64,000 bases of DNA from assembly GCA_951406725.2 (NCBI GenBank), contig OX597820.1:51026001-51090000 (forward strand). Reading direction: 5' to 3'. Position 1 is the first letter of the stretch, and each line of letters opens with the position of its first letter. The notes beneath the pieces were generated by a model. It was not told the origin of the DNA. It did no database searches and worked only from the letters and a program-made list of their open reading frames with translations. The DNA comes from Octopus vulgaris (Eukaryota). Both the position numbers and the translations under genes were made by a program. This document shows, in pieces, positions 1 to 12,581 of this stretch.

Positions 1-7
1 CAAACAC

Positions 8-47
<40 letters not shown>

Positions 48-246
48 ACACACACACCCATATGAGTGTGTGTGCGTGTGTGTGTGCTTATAGATATACA
101 TATATAAATAATTAAATATTATATTGGAATGTGAACGTGATATATTTAACAATGAAGTCATACAAAGAATTTTAAATAGAATCGAATTAATTTTACATTA
201 ATTAGAACATTTCATAACTTTGTCATTAACTCTCGTCTGTAATGCA

Positions 247-655
247 TTATATATCCGAAACATGTAGACCTATATGATTAAAGAAATAATATATAGGATG
301 TTTTGTGAATGGGAACCATTGAGCTTTGTAACTTAAAAATAGGAAAAATGGAAGGCACCGAAGGATTCTTCTCACATGAATGACAATTGGTAATTGTGTA
401 CATAATGTACTGGGTATTGTGTACTTAGTGTACTGGATGTACTGAGCTACTACTTATGGCTGCATTAAAAAGTAACGGTAAGCATTCATTCACAGAATAA
501 CATAAGCCAAAAGAGACCAACTATAACAGCGTACCTACTTTAATTCACATGATTTCGGATTTCGAGATCTGATTTTATTAACGTGATAAGGTTTGCAATA
601 TTTAAATTAAATGATATAGCATGGCATTCATTGCAAACTAGTGTCAGCGGTCTCA
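247..655 (-). pseudogene. Putative decayed IL-17-like (cystine-knot) paralog
   Basis: The minus frame from 540 reads WSLLAYVIL*MNAYRYFLMQP*VVAQYIQYTKYTIPSTLCTQLPIVIHVRRILRCLPF...QWFP. The motif order N-x-x-R-Y / A-Q-Y..Y..Y (TAC, one change from TGC) / C-x-x-L / V-x-R / C fits the IL-17 core. 'QWFP' parallels 'HWIP' in the 51.1 kb copy, and 'NECH' lies upstream. Confidence 0.35.
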
Positions 656-1100
656 TATGTATATATATATAAATATATATATACGTCTCAACATTCTGTG
701 TGTGCGTCTGAAAAATATGTAAATATATGGATGTACACAAATAATACAAAGAAAGGCTGACTTACACACGCGTACACAGACGCACTTAAACACAAACACA
801 CACTGTACGTGTGGGTGCGTATGCGTGTGTGTGTGTGTGCATATACACAAAATCTTCCTATGTGATATAATTCGATCTGAATAGCGCATGTTTAAATTGA
901 AAGGATTCATTTTCATGTTTTATATACTTTTTATTTTTCAAAATTTTAATCATTAGAATATTCGTCAGAGATATCTATTGCAAGAAATAATCTTTGAGAT
1001 CATATTCAAAACTGTATCTAACCAAAAGCCATTTTGTCTCTTTGATGAATTTATTATCCAAAATATTCATTGATATTTTATGGTAATTGATCTACCATGG

Positions 1101-1220
<120 letters not shown>

Positions 1221-1443
1221 GTACATACACGAGCATGTACATGTATATTCATTATAAATCAAGCACATTCATTCTCTCTCATACGTTATAGGTTAACATA
1301 TCATATTGTTAATATGATTGGGATCTGCCGGTTACCTATGGAATACAGAAATTTTATGTTTCTCTAGGGAAATTCGATAGTAAGCGAACGTTGGTGGTTT
1401 TCATGTGTTATCGTAATTGTTATCGTTGTTACTGTTGTTGCTA

Positions 1444-1650
1444 CTATTTCCCCTGATACAGCTCATACTTTTGCTGTAGATAATACAATATCGCATGAGA
1501 TTCGGTTAAGATGTATTGACGGTATTGGGTAACGTGGTGTTTGTCGTTGTTTGGGGAAGTCAAATAAAATAAATTCATCAATGATGATGAAGCTATAAAA
1601 GAGAAGCGATTGGGGCGTGATACCATATTCCAAATAGAATGGAAACTCAC
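1444..1650 (-). pseudogene. Possible decayed IL-17-like paralog (core fragment)
   Basis: The ORF contains SIWNMVSRPNRFSFI (cf. W-x(5)-DPNRFP) and NDKHHV (cf. NDKHCV in the 57.1 kb copy). The cysteines are lost. Confidence 0.25.
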
Positions 1651-2115
1651 GTGACTAAATTCGAAAAGTCCTAGTTATTATGACCAGTTTCACTGAGAAC
1701 ATTTAGATCCATAATCAGTTCTCGTTGAAACAATGCTGCCACTTGATCGTAAAATGCAGCTTTAAATCTTTGGAGCAACTAAAATAACTCGAAAATGGTG
1801 AAAATGATGATGTGGATGATGACAACGACGGCTGCGGCGAAGAAGCATGTGATTATCAGGAGGAGGACGAGAAGGAGAAGAATGATGATATTCTGGATGT
1901 TTACTTATAGTTCAAACCTGAAGGAGATGAACTCTTGTCAAATGCATTGCAGATTTAATCATGTCATGAAAGACATCTAGTTATCTGATGCATTTTTCCT
2001 ATTTGAAAGATATTTGCATATAGTTTGAATGACATGCCGTTTTTCTAAGAGCTTAAGAAACAATTTTGAAGTACCATTCACTGTTAAGGAAAATTTTGGT
2101 ATGTGTTTGGGTGTG

Positions 2116-2201
<86 letters not shown>

Positions 2202-2485
2202 TATAACTCAGTTTGTATGTGCGTGTGTGCACCTATTTATGTATGCATGTGTACATGTATGCATTTATTAAGAACTTTCAAATGCCAGTTAGAGTAAGAT
2301 ACGATGCGTGATACATGATACTGCGCTTCCACCAACGGTCGCCACACACTTTACAAATCCCACCCTGCCCAAATTGTGATGTCCATTCTGCTGCAAGGCT
2401 GCGATGACAAAATCCTCCCTCTTCTCACCCAATATCAGACGACTCGTAAACTGTCATGTGCACTGCCATCAATCTACAACGTGCA

Positions 2486-2532
<47 letters not shown>

Positions 2533-2560
2533 CCTATCTATCTATCTATCGTTTCATATA

Positions 2561-2622
<62 letters not shown>

Positions 2623-2639
2623 TTTTAGAGAAGGGGATA

Positions 2640-4185
2640 TAGCTTCACACGATGAAGAAGACAACTGGAGGTTTCAACAGTACAACCTGCTGAGGGCCAC
2701 TCACCAGATCTCAGGATGGTGTAAAGTCCCCTCTAGACCCAAAATAACGTGGTGGTGGAACAATGTTGTTGAAAGGGCTATTAGAAAAAAGAAACAGGCT
2801 TGGAAGGACTGGAAGAACGGTGGTAGCGGGGAATTTTATCAGACTGCCAGAAGGGAAGCAAGGAGGTAGGTTTATTTAGCCAGAGGGGAAGCAGATAAGA
2901 AAAAAATGCCAATGTTCTGCGCCGTGAGGATCAAACAATTGAGGTATTTCGTGTTGCAAGACAGTGTGTGAGAGAGAATCCTGATGTTGTAGGAGAGAAA
3001 TGTGTTCGCATGGATGATGGTTCTCTTGCACTAAATGAGGCCGCAAAGAGAGAGATTTGGAGACACCACAATGAACGGTTGCTGAATAAAGAAAATAAAT
3101 GAGAGAAACTCTGCCGAAGGACGACCCAAAAGAGGGGCCAGCTACCCGAGTTGACAGTATCTTGGTAGATAAACTAATTAAGAGTATAAGACAGGGAAAG
3201 CCCTCAGTCAATCAGGGATCATCTCATAGATGCTCAAAATATCTGGCAGTGTCGGCTATAGCCTGGGCACCCGTATAGTTAACCAGGTGATACACAAAGG
3301 AGTCATACCCAATGACTGGTGTAGCAGCACTATAGTCAACTTCTACAAATGTAAATGTGACGCTTTAGTTACAAATAATTACAGAGATATCAAGTTGTTG
3401 GATCAGGTAATGAAGGTCACAGAGATAGCCATAGCCCAACTAATTAGAGAGAATGTCAGTTTAGATGAGATGCAGTTTGGGTTCGTGCCAGGGAAAAGGC
3501 ACAGGTGTTGTTATATTTCTGGTAAGACAGCTGCAGGAGAAATACATAGCCAAAGATAAACCTCTGTACCTGACTTTTGTTGACATGGAGAAAGCTTTTG
3601 ACAGGGTCCCCCGATTCCTTATCTGGTGGTCAATGAGGAAACTAGAGATATATGAACGGTTATTGAGAGATGTGCAACCCATGTATAGGGGCGCTGTCTA
3701 TAAGGTGAGGGTTGGCAACGAGTACAGTAAAGAATTCCGGGTAGACGTAGGGGTCCAGCAAGCTTCAGTCCTTAGCCACCTCCTATTTACATTGTCCTCC
3801 AGGCAATAACAGAGGAATTCAAGACAGGAAGACCCTGGGAGATCCTCTATGCTGACGACCTTGCTCTAATTGCTGAGTCACTATCAGAATTCGAGAAGAA
3901 GATTCAGGTGTGGAAACAAGGATTAGAATCAAAGGGCCATAAAGTCAACCTAGCTAAAACCAAAGTTCTAATAAGTAGGAAGGTAGACAAACCACAGATC
4001 CCTTCAGGTAGATGGCCCTGCTCGATCTGTAGAAAAGGCGTAGGCAGAAACTCTATAAGGTGTACCCAGTGTAAGCTATGGACACATAAGACGTGCAGGA
4101 ATATCAAAGGAAGGCAAACTTGGAAGATAGTTTTTTTATGTGGCAGATGCTCACGAGTAATAAACACTGAAAATGTGCAGAGGAC
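2640..4185 (+). mobile_element. RTE-clade non-LTR retrotransposon fragment (RT plus Cys/His finger), frameshifted
   Basis: Overlapping ORFs give TWWWN, IPNDWCSSTIVNFYK, MQFGFVPGK, FVDMEKAFDRVPR, GVQQASVLSHLLF, LYADDL (about 3845-3862), KVNLAKTKVL, then WPCSICRKGVGRNSIRCTQCKLWTHKTC...LCGRC. It has stops and frameshifts, and both ends run into microsatellites. Confidence 0.9.
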
Positions 4186-4279
4186 ATATATATGCGTGAT
4201 GTGTGTGTTAGTGTGTACATGTGTGTGTGTGTTAGCATCTGTGTTCACGTGTGAGTGTGTGTGCTTGTATGTTTGCGCA

Positions 4280-4323
<44 letters not shown>

Positions 4324-4759
4324 GAAAATGTTGACCGTCTCTTCGATAATACAACATTTATTGCCTTGGCACATTTTCGTGGCAGACAATTTGTGAAATT
4401 TGAATGTTACATTTAAATCCAAATGTATTGAGTGATTCTTCAATAATGCATAACTAAAGATAGAAGCACACACGCACGCACAATATTACTGAGTCACACA
4501 CACAAGCTCGCTCACATTCATGCATATATGCTTTTTAAGATAAAATATTCATCGCATTTCCTTTTCCTTTCTCTTGTTCTTTTTGCATCCACGTATACGC
4601 ATAACCCATACAAATAAATACATACACACTCATGCACAGACACAGCCATACGATATTCATGTATATAACAACGTATGCATGTTTTATATAGATTTATTTT
4701 ATTCATATACGTTCGGAAGTCTTTGCGACTATGTGTCAATGATGACAATGTATTCATCT

Positions 4760-5058
4760 GTGGAGGCACATGGCCAAGTTAGAGCAGCGGACTCGCGATC
4801 GAAGGATCGCGGGTTCGAATCTCAGACCGGTCGATGTATGTGTTTATCAGCGAAACACTTAAGCTCCACGCGGCTCCGGCAGTAGGTAATGGCGAACTTC
4901 TGCTGTCTCTTTCGCCACAAATTTCTCTCACTCTTTCCTCCTGCATCTTGCAGCTCGCTTGCGACGGTCCGGCGTACCGTCCAGGTGAGGAACCAATACG
5001 CCAAGAAAACCGGGAAACCGGCCGTAATAGGTCAGGCGTGGCTCGTGAAGGAACAAAC
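4760..5058 (+). mobile_element. tRNA-derived SINE, apparently full length, with 12-bp target-site duplication
   Basis: tRNA-like head with A box (tggccaagttag) and B box (gggttcgaatc). It is flanked by ATGTATTCATCT at 4748-4759 and 5059-5070. A second copy lies at 31911-32218 on the minus strand. Confidence 0.85.
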
Positions 5059-5169
5059 ATGTATTCATCTATGACTACTACACAAAATGTTTTTACATTG
5101 TTTTGTGAACAATCATATTTTACCGAAGTATATTTATTCACGTTTACTATATGCAGTCATGTGTATTTC

Positions 5170-5678
5170 TAAATTCGCACACTGTCTTTATTTAGCGGAA
5201 TAATGCGAGACATATTGCTACATATCTAACTTGTGGCAAATCGCTACATTACAGAAATGAAAACATAACTATAGAATTTCAGTCAAGTATTTCACCACAA
5301 ATCAACCTTGTCAGCAATGACGTGTTACATTAATATCATGACTTGGACATCTACATTCGATAATAATAATAATCGCTGTAAAGAAGTCACTTGTGGCACT
5401 TTTAATAAGTAGTGTCAGATCGTTTTGCATCATACAATTAGTACACTCATGGCAATTTGATCTATCTTCACCAATTCTTTGTGAAAGAATAATGTGAAAT
5501 GTTTTATGCTCCATAACGAACATTATCGCCATTTCACCAAGAACAAGCGAATTGTATTGCAATAAATTCTTACGATCCCATCATTGATTAACTTAGTGAT
5601 CTGTTCTACCAATAGGTTCCGTTTAAAATATTTCCACTACAACCATTTATGTTATCTTTGGATCTTTGGGTGGAACAT
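5170..5678 (-). pseudogene. Putative decayed IL-17-like paralog
   Basis: The start ATGTT-CCACCCAAAGATCCAAAG matches the start of the 51.6 kb copy (ATGTTTCCACCACAAGATAGAAAG) at 19/24 positions. ORF 5311-5562 gives DRSNC...IIIECRCPSHDINVTRHC*. Confidence 0.45.
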
Positions 5679-5948
5679 CGACGATATTCGTTAAACCCAT
5701 CCTATGCTGCTGGTGTTTAATTACAAAATGGATATTTACGCTAAATTTCAAACTGTTTAATGTATTCAAAGCCAGTGAAACATGAGAGAATCTTTAATTA
5801 TTTCGATATGCGATACAGGTGTGGAGAATATGGCAACTGTAGTTTGAAATGTATATGCCGTAGTGAATTTATCATTTAGTAATTTTACAGTACATTATAC
5901 ATCTCCCCCACATCTCTCTCCCTCGCTCTTTCTCTTTCTCTCTTTCTT

Positions 5949-5997
<49 letters not shown>

Positions 5998-6143
5998 TAT
6001 ATATTAAAATATGTATATTATATAATATATATTATGCAGTATATATATATATATGTGTTTTATATTTATATACATATATATATATTTATATTTATATATA
6101 TATATACATATATATATATGGATACACACACGCATATACATAC

Positions 6144-6201
<58 letters not shown>

Positions 6202-6829
6202 TCAAATTTTGAACTGGTTGTTACGTAGCCTTTAAGGATGGTAGTCATCCAATATTGAATGAGTAATATATACACGCCATATAAATTTACGTGTATATAA
6301 TTAAAAGAGAAACAAAACGCCAGCTTTCGTTGGCGAAGTGTGAAATCGATTACCAATATTATCAGTCTGTGTCTGAAATATTCACCTTGCTCGGCGAAAT
6401 GATGGATTTACATTAATTATATAAAATAACTTTCATTGATATTTCAGTAGATGAGTTAGAGGTGAATGTAGTTATGGAATATTAATTTGAACGAATATGC
6501 AATAAACGGGAAGAATACATGACAGATGCTCGTATAGTTTAGGAACGGGAAACTGATAAACAAATGCTAAATGAATATTATGTTTTTCAATCACTGTTGG
6601 AATTTGCTACGAAGTTAGTTATGTTTTGTTAGTAATGAGATTAGACAGGTGAATCGATCTTTAGTTGTATATTGTGGGAGATGAAATATGTACCTTAAAA
6701 GATAGATCGAATTCATACACTTTGTAAATTTGTATGTATGTATGTATGTGTAAATGTGTGTACGTACGTATGTATGTATGTACGTACGTACGTATGTATG
6801 GGTATCTCCTCTTTTTCTTTTTAATTTAG

Positions 6830-7310
6830 AGTAAAACTTGACCGGGCACTAACTCGGTTGCAAGGTTGTAAAGGAGTGTATCTGGATTTAACCATCATCC
6901 TTTATATTCTAAGAAGGTCTTGCAGATATTTATAGTCCCAGATATTGTGACCATTTTTAGCATATGGATTAATCATTTGCATTCTCTCCCCTAAATTCCA
7001 AGTTCATTCATTATTTGCTCCAGCTAGGTTAGCATGTATGCTGCGCCTCCAATAATAATGAGCATGAAACTGAACGTGTATCTTGGGTACCGGATTTGCA
7101 ATCTCCCTATCAACAGACGATAGATGTCCTCTTCTGCTTGTATTTTCCTAACCACATTAGTATCCAGAGTGCAGTTTATTTCGAAAACTGAATATGTCTT
7201 TCCTATGCCGTCCTACACTACAATGCCTGGCTGGGTTTTTTTAACTTTGTGATTGTTTCAATTTTCAAGTTCCTCCACTCTTCTTTTCACCCATCAGTTT
7301 CAATACGGTC
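6830..7310 (-). mobile_element. R4/Dong/NeSL-type LINE remnant (restriction-like endonuclease C-terminus)
   Basis: The minus translation QPGIVV*D..KTYSVFEINCTLDTNVVRK...YRLL..LQIRYPRYTFSFMLIIIGG is a degenerate PD-(D/E)xK RLE domain. Confidence 0.6.
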
Positions 7311-7457
7311 AACTTCGTTTCTAGGTATTCTCTTTTATGTGCATGTATGTATGTATGTATGTATGTATGTATGTATGTATGTATGTATGTATGTATGTAT
7401 TTATGTATGTATGTATGTATGTATGTATGTATGTATGTATGTATGTATGTATGTATG

Positions 7458-7660
7458 TGACCGCGTGTGTATCGTTGGTGATTTTATTTCTCCCCCTTCT
7501 CTTTCTTGGACCTTTCCTTTTTCTTCTATTTCTGACGAAGAGCTCCACTCGAAATGTTAAATCCTCCTTCTTTCTTTCCTTTCCTGAGCGTCCAATAACA
7601 CTATACTTGTTCTACGTCCTCGGGGTGTTGTGTTTTCTCTTTGTTCATGTTTGGATTCAC
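7458..7660 (+). mobile_element. Short Penelope-like terminal-repeat relic inside (TATG)n, with hammerhead-like core
   Basis: CTGACGA-a-GAG-ctcca-CTC-GAAA-tgtt at 7532-7558, followed by ttcctgagcg. The same layout occurs at 30574-30631. Confidence 0.45.
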
Positions 7661-8204
7661 TATGTATGTATGTATGTATGTATGTATGTATGTATGTATG
7701 TATGTATGTATGTATGTATGTATGTATGTATGTATGTATGTATGCATGCATGTATGTATGATTGTATGTATGTATGTACGTATGCATGTATGTATGTATG
7801 TATGTATGTTTGATGCATGTATGTATATAAGTATGTATGTATATATGTGCATATGTTTGTGTGTCTATGTATGGATGTAAACTTTGAATCCCATCATTCC
7901 CTTCGTTACATATAAATCGGTAACCAATCAGCTGTTTGTTGAGAACCTAAAAATTCGTGAGACGACACTGAACCCGAGTAATATCAGTTTTTGACCCTAC
8001 AATTAACGCATTTAATTTCGAGCAAATGCAACAACAGGAATTCGGTACAGCCATGCCAATGAGACGCCTGTACGTGTGTGAAAGTATTAGTCTGCACGTT
8101 TTTATGACTACGTAAAATCACACAAATATGTAGTAGTAGTAGTAGACTTTTTTTTGCTTTGCGTCAAACCAGGTGTGAAATGCCAGACCCTCATATTTAA
8201 GATA

Positions 8205-8380
8205 GGCAGCGAGTTGGCAGAATCTTTAACACGTCTAGCAAAAGGCTCAAACTTCGAGTTCCAATTCCACCGAAGTCTACTTTGCCTTACATCCTTTCAA
8301 TGTCGATAAATTAAGTACCAGTCAAGTACTGGTGTCTTTGTGATCGACGTACCCCCTTGTACCTATTTTAGAAAGGATTA
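8205..8380 (+). mobile_element. SINE family 2 copy (ggcagcgagttggcag... taaattaagtaccag)
   Basis: Homologous to the copies at 12582-13010 and 51720-52590. They share the B-box-like gttc(a/c)aattcc and the core gtcgataaattaagtaccag. Confidence 0.7.
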
Positions 8381-8514
8381 TTATTTAAGATATTGTCTCT
8401 ATAACATCATGTCATAGGTGGCATCCTTGTATTTAAGATAGATTTAGGAGCTAAACAGAAGACGTACCAGTGGCTCGTATAATACCAGGTATATATATAT
8501 ACAATTCTAACACT

Positions 8515-8670
8515 CGCGGAGTGGTTGGCGTTAGGAAGGGCATCCAGCCGTAGAAACACTGCCAGATCTGACTGGGCCTGACGAAGCCTTCCAGCTTCAC
8601 AGACCCCAGTTGACCCGTCCAACCCATGCTAGCATGGAAAGCGGACGCTAAATGATGATGATGATGATGA

Positions 8671-8675
<5 letters not shown>
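8515..8675 (+). mobile_element. RTE-type LINE/SINE 3' end with (TGA)n tail
   Basis: gttggcgttaggaagggcatccagccgtagaaac...gcatggaaagcggacgctaaa followed by tgatgatga repeats. Confidence 0.65.
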
Positions 8676-8707
<32 letters not shown>

Positions 8708-9284
8708 GAGGCGAGGAGGTGTTGAAAATTTCCTGGGTTTTAGGGTATAGCGAAAGACGTGGCGAGAAGCCCAAACTTCCGAGGTCTTTTACATGGCTTA
8801 TAAAAATTAAAGGACGGCTCCAATAAGACTGTGAATCTGAGAGGGGAATATGTTGAATAAAATCATAATTAATCGACCCTTTTGTAGATTCTATAACACA
8901 GAGCCAGGAACTTTTCAGCACCTTTTCATATGTTATTGTTTCTATCAGTTGTGCATTATATCACATAAGATTATTCGAACAACGCGATATGTGGTTTGAA
9001 GAAATTAGCTTCGAAAACTGAATCTTTCTCTAGTATACACCAAGTGAAAGTGCTGCAAGCATAATAACGTATTGTCACGTTACAGATCTACTGCTACTTA
9101 GAGCGGTTCATTGTTTCTATGTCAGCTTCAAAATCTTCAGATGTCTGGTTTTGGCCGTTTGAAATTTAACCGACTCTAGCCTTCGGCATTGTTCAATACC
9201 AATGATACCATAAGAAGCGATGTTTCAACGTTGTTTTATCTGTACGAAACAATCTCGTATCTCCAAGAAATTTATGGATTTACT

Positions 9285-9682
9285 CACTTTTACTCTTTTA
9301 CTTGTTTCAGTCATTTGACTGTGACCATGCAGGAGCACCGCCTTTAGTCGAGCAAATCGACCCCAGGACTTATTCTTTGTAAGCCTAGTACTTATTCTAT
9401 TGATATCTTTTGCCGAACTGCTAAGTTACGGGGATGTAAGCACCATCGGTTGTCAAGCGAATTTGGGAGGACACACACAGACACACGAACACACACACAT
9501 ATATATATACACATATATACGACGGGCTTCTTTCAGTTTCCGTCTACCAAATCCACTCACAAGGCTTTGGTCGGCCCGAAATTCTAGTAGAAGACACTTG
9601 CCCAATGTGCCACGCAGTAGGAATGCACGCGGAACCATGTGGTTGGTAAGCAAGCTACTTACCACACAGCCACTCCTGCGCC
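9285..9682 (-). mobile_element. SINE family 1 copy (internal (CA)/(TA) tract)
   Basis: The minus strand starts aggcgcaggagtggctgtgtggtaagtagcttgcttaccaaccacatggttcc (tRNA-like head). The body matches 35975-36357 and 50200-50550. Confidence 0.8.
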
Positions 9683-9684
9683 TA

Positions 9685-10324
9685 TGTTTGGCAGACACCA
9701 GCATGTATCAACTAATCGTGTATTGATTCCTATAAATAAGAGCTCCTGAAATTGCAAGTTTCCAATCCAGCACAGCTTCGAATGAAATCATATATAAGTA
9801 TTTCGAAACAAAGCTATGACTTGAAATCTCCATGCAGCGGTAAATCTCATGTTTTATGAACAGGTATTATTTTCAAATTCTTGAAGATTTCTGAAATACA
9901 CCAGGCGCTTCTCTAGAAATACTCACGTTCTTTATAAATTTATTGCTCAATTTTGTTTCAGTCACATGTCAGTGACTATACTGCGAAATCGAACCTCATA
10001 TGCTTTGCTCTTGCGTGGAGACGTGAGCCAAACTGATAAAATTCATGGTGTACACACAAGGGTGAATATATTTATCAATTTATTCTTAATATCTCTTGGC
10101 AGATTCGATCTTGAATATCTGATCGATGTCATTCACTGCCGAAAAGTATGACCTTCCTTAAAGGAATGCCTGTTCATAAAACATGAGATTTACCACTGTA
10201 TGGAGACTTGAAGACATAGCTGTGTTTCGCGACCCTTGTATACTTTTTCATTCGCAATTTCAGGAGCTCTTGTTTATAGGAATCAATACACTATCAGTTG
10301 ATACATGCTGGTGTCTGACAAACA
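9685..10324. mobile_element. MITE-like element with long terminal inverted repeats, flanked by TA
   Basis: 9685-9865 is the reverse complement of about 10168-10324 (tgtttggcagacaccagcatgtatcaact.../...agttgatacatgctggtgtctgacaaaca), with one indel. TA occurs at 9683-9684 and 10325-10326. Confidence 0.8.
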
Positions 10325-10329
10325 TATGA

Positions 10330-10520
10330 TAATTCATGAGGTGCACGCATAATAATGCCATGTTTTACACGTTTACACAATGTCCATTCGCTAACGTACG
10401 TGACAGCGTATTGGACATATCTGCAACACAAATAAATATATCACGAAATATTGCGTATTTCAGCTATAGTTATTACATCACCTTCTATCAGTTTTCATAC
10501 TGGGTTTACTTTTATAATAA
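10330..10520 (-). pseudogene. Weak IL-17-like relic abutting the MITE
   Basis: Minus fragments FVLQICPIRC and NGHCVNV*NMALL occur in IL-17 order, in different frames. Confidence 0.2.
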
Positions 10521-10918
10521 TGATTTTCCTGAATGTTCGTCATATATTACTTTGTAAATGTAACGCTGTGTACTGAATGCTGGTAATAAACACATTTCTA
10601 CATTTTATATAAACAATGTTTCTTCTGTGCCTTAGATCAGAAATCACAGTTTTAGTGTAGAGCAGTAACCCAGTTTCACATTATCTATATAACTTGCCTA
10701 TAAAAAAAGTGTTTATTATTTGGGACGGTTTGATGTTTCATGAGTTAGTTGAAATATTTATACGCATCGCTTTCATATAATCATATTACACGGAAATGGG
10801 CTTTTCTTCGTGTGTAGGTGGATGTGGTTTTCTAAGTGTGTCATGTGCCTATTTCTAACTTGTGTGCGCGCGTGAGGGCAATAGAGTGCGTGTATTTTGG
10901 TTCGCGTCGTTTTGAGTA

Positions 10919-10981
<63 letters not shown>

Positions 10982-11519
10982 TATGTAATATGTACACAGT
11001 TCAATACATTGCTGAGTTGGCAAAATATTTGACATAAACGTATTTGCAAAAAGAAACACTAGTAATCCATATACATAAGTAGTTAGAGAAATGTGTGTGT
11101 GTTTGTCTGTGTGTGCAGGAGAAAGAGACAGAGAACCAAAGAGATAGAGACAGAGGGGGAGAGAGAGAGAGAGACAGGAAGAAAGCCAGAGAAAGAGAAG
11201 GAGAGAGATGAATAGAGGGAATGTATGTATAGGCACTCCAAACTCTTCTCAAGCGTTAAACTAGTAATTTATGTATGTACTTAGCTTTCGTTTCAACTAA
11301 TTTTCATTTATACACACATATACATACGTACTAACGCGTGTGCGCGCACACACACACACACACATGCACACACGAGTACTTGGAAAACAGCTATTCATTT
11401 AAATATTGTGCAATGGAATTACTACTATGCTCCCGTTTTAACGTATTGCTGTTTTTTGTTTTGGAATTTTACAATGTGTTTCTTATAATTTATGTAAAGC
11501 TATAAAGTGCTTTAGTCCA

Positions 11520-11750
11520 TAATAATCGCGAAATGTTCTAGACTACTACAGTGTCACCTCATCTGCGTAGTTGCTAGTGTAGGCATTTGTAAGTGCATCT
11601 GCTTCATAAACATGAACAAAACTAAATGGGGGACGTCAATATATGTTATGTACATGCGTTGCAAAAATAACCGATAAATGGTGGAAGCTTTGCTCATTTA
11701 ACAGTACACTGCTTAAATAAGTACTGAGACATCACAGACAATACGCGTAT
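11520..11750 (-). pseudogene. Putative decayed IL-17-like paralog (core)
   Basis: NACT*HI ... VYEA/RCTYKCL (11580-11605, one frameshift; cf. EARCxCxxCL) ... HCSSL. Confidence 0.35.
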
Positions 11751-12079
11751 ACATTCTCTGCCCCTCACGCTCTATCACTTTCTCTCTCTCTCTGTCGTTT
11801 TCTTTCTCTCTCTGTCGCTTTCTCTCTCTCTCACTCTCGCTCTCTTTCTCCATCACATGTGAACTAAATTCGTATAAATGTAAAACCCCAAATTCAAACG
11901 CCGGTTAAATTAAATTAACGACTGATGCTCAATATCGCAAAAACGTGGTTCCGTTTCAGTTCTATCACGCTCACTGCCACTGTGCTATGGGTAAGTGCCT
12001 TCTACAATAGGCCCGCTTTGACCAATACATAGAAGTACATTGTGTGTGCGTTTGCGTGTGTTACAGCATAAATCTTACG

Positions 12080-12340
12080 AACATTTTTTGTATGTGTCCG
12101 AGATTAATGCCAAATGCTAGAATGATATGGCAAGAACAGTGTGTAAGAGGTCAATAGCGACAGAGGCATTTGTAGTATATATTCTCTCATATGCCAAATA
12201 ATGACACTGCAGTTTCTTTATATTTTAATAGTTTTAGTCATGGGACAACAAACATGCAAGGACCCTGCTTTGAATTTTTTCCGTTAGCGATATAAAATGT
12301 GTGCTTATAAGCACCACAAGTTTATATAAGTGGAAAACCT
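12080..12340 (-). pseudogene. Putative decayed IL-17-like paralog (core)
   Basis: RNCS ... YYKCLCRY*PLTHCSCHII (12151-12171). The TGA is one change from Cys, which would give C-L-C-R-Y-C. Confidence 0.4.
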
Positions 12341-12463
12341 ACTACCTTTTATTGTTAATACTGCTTCTGTCGCTATTAATTCTTATATAGATACATATAA
12401 ATATATATACATACATACATACACACACACACGCATACACACACATACACACACACACACACA

Positions 12464-12523
<60 letters not shown>

Positions 12524-12581
12524 GAAGTATAAAGTGTACATTTTCAGCACATTGTAATTTGTAATATAATACATATTGTAA

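Noticed and set aside
4760-4832. tRNA gene
   Set aside because: The tRNA-like head continues into a SINE body with a TSD, and a second dispersed copy exists.
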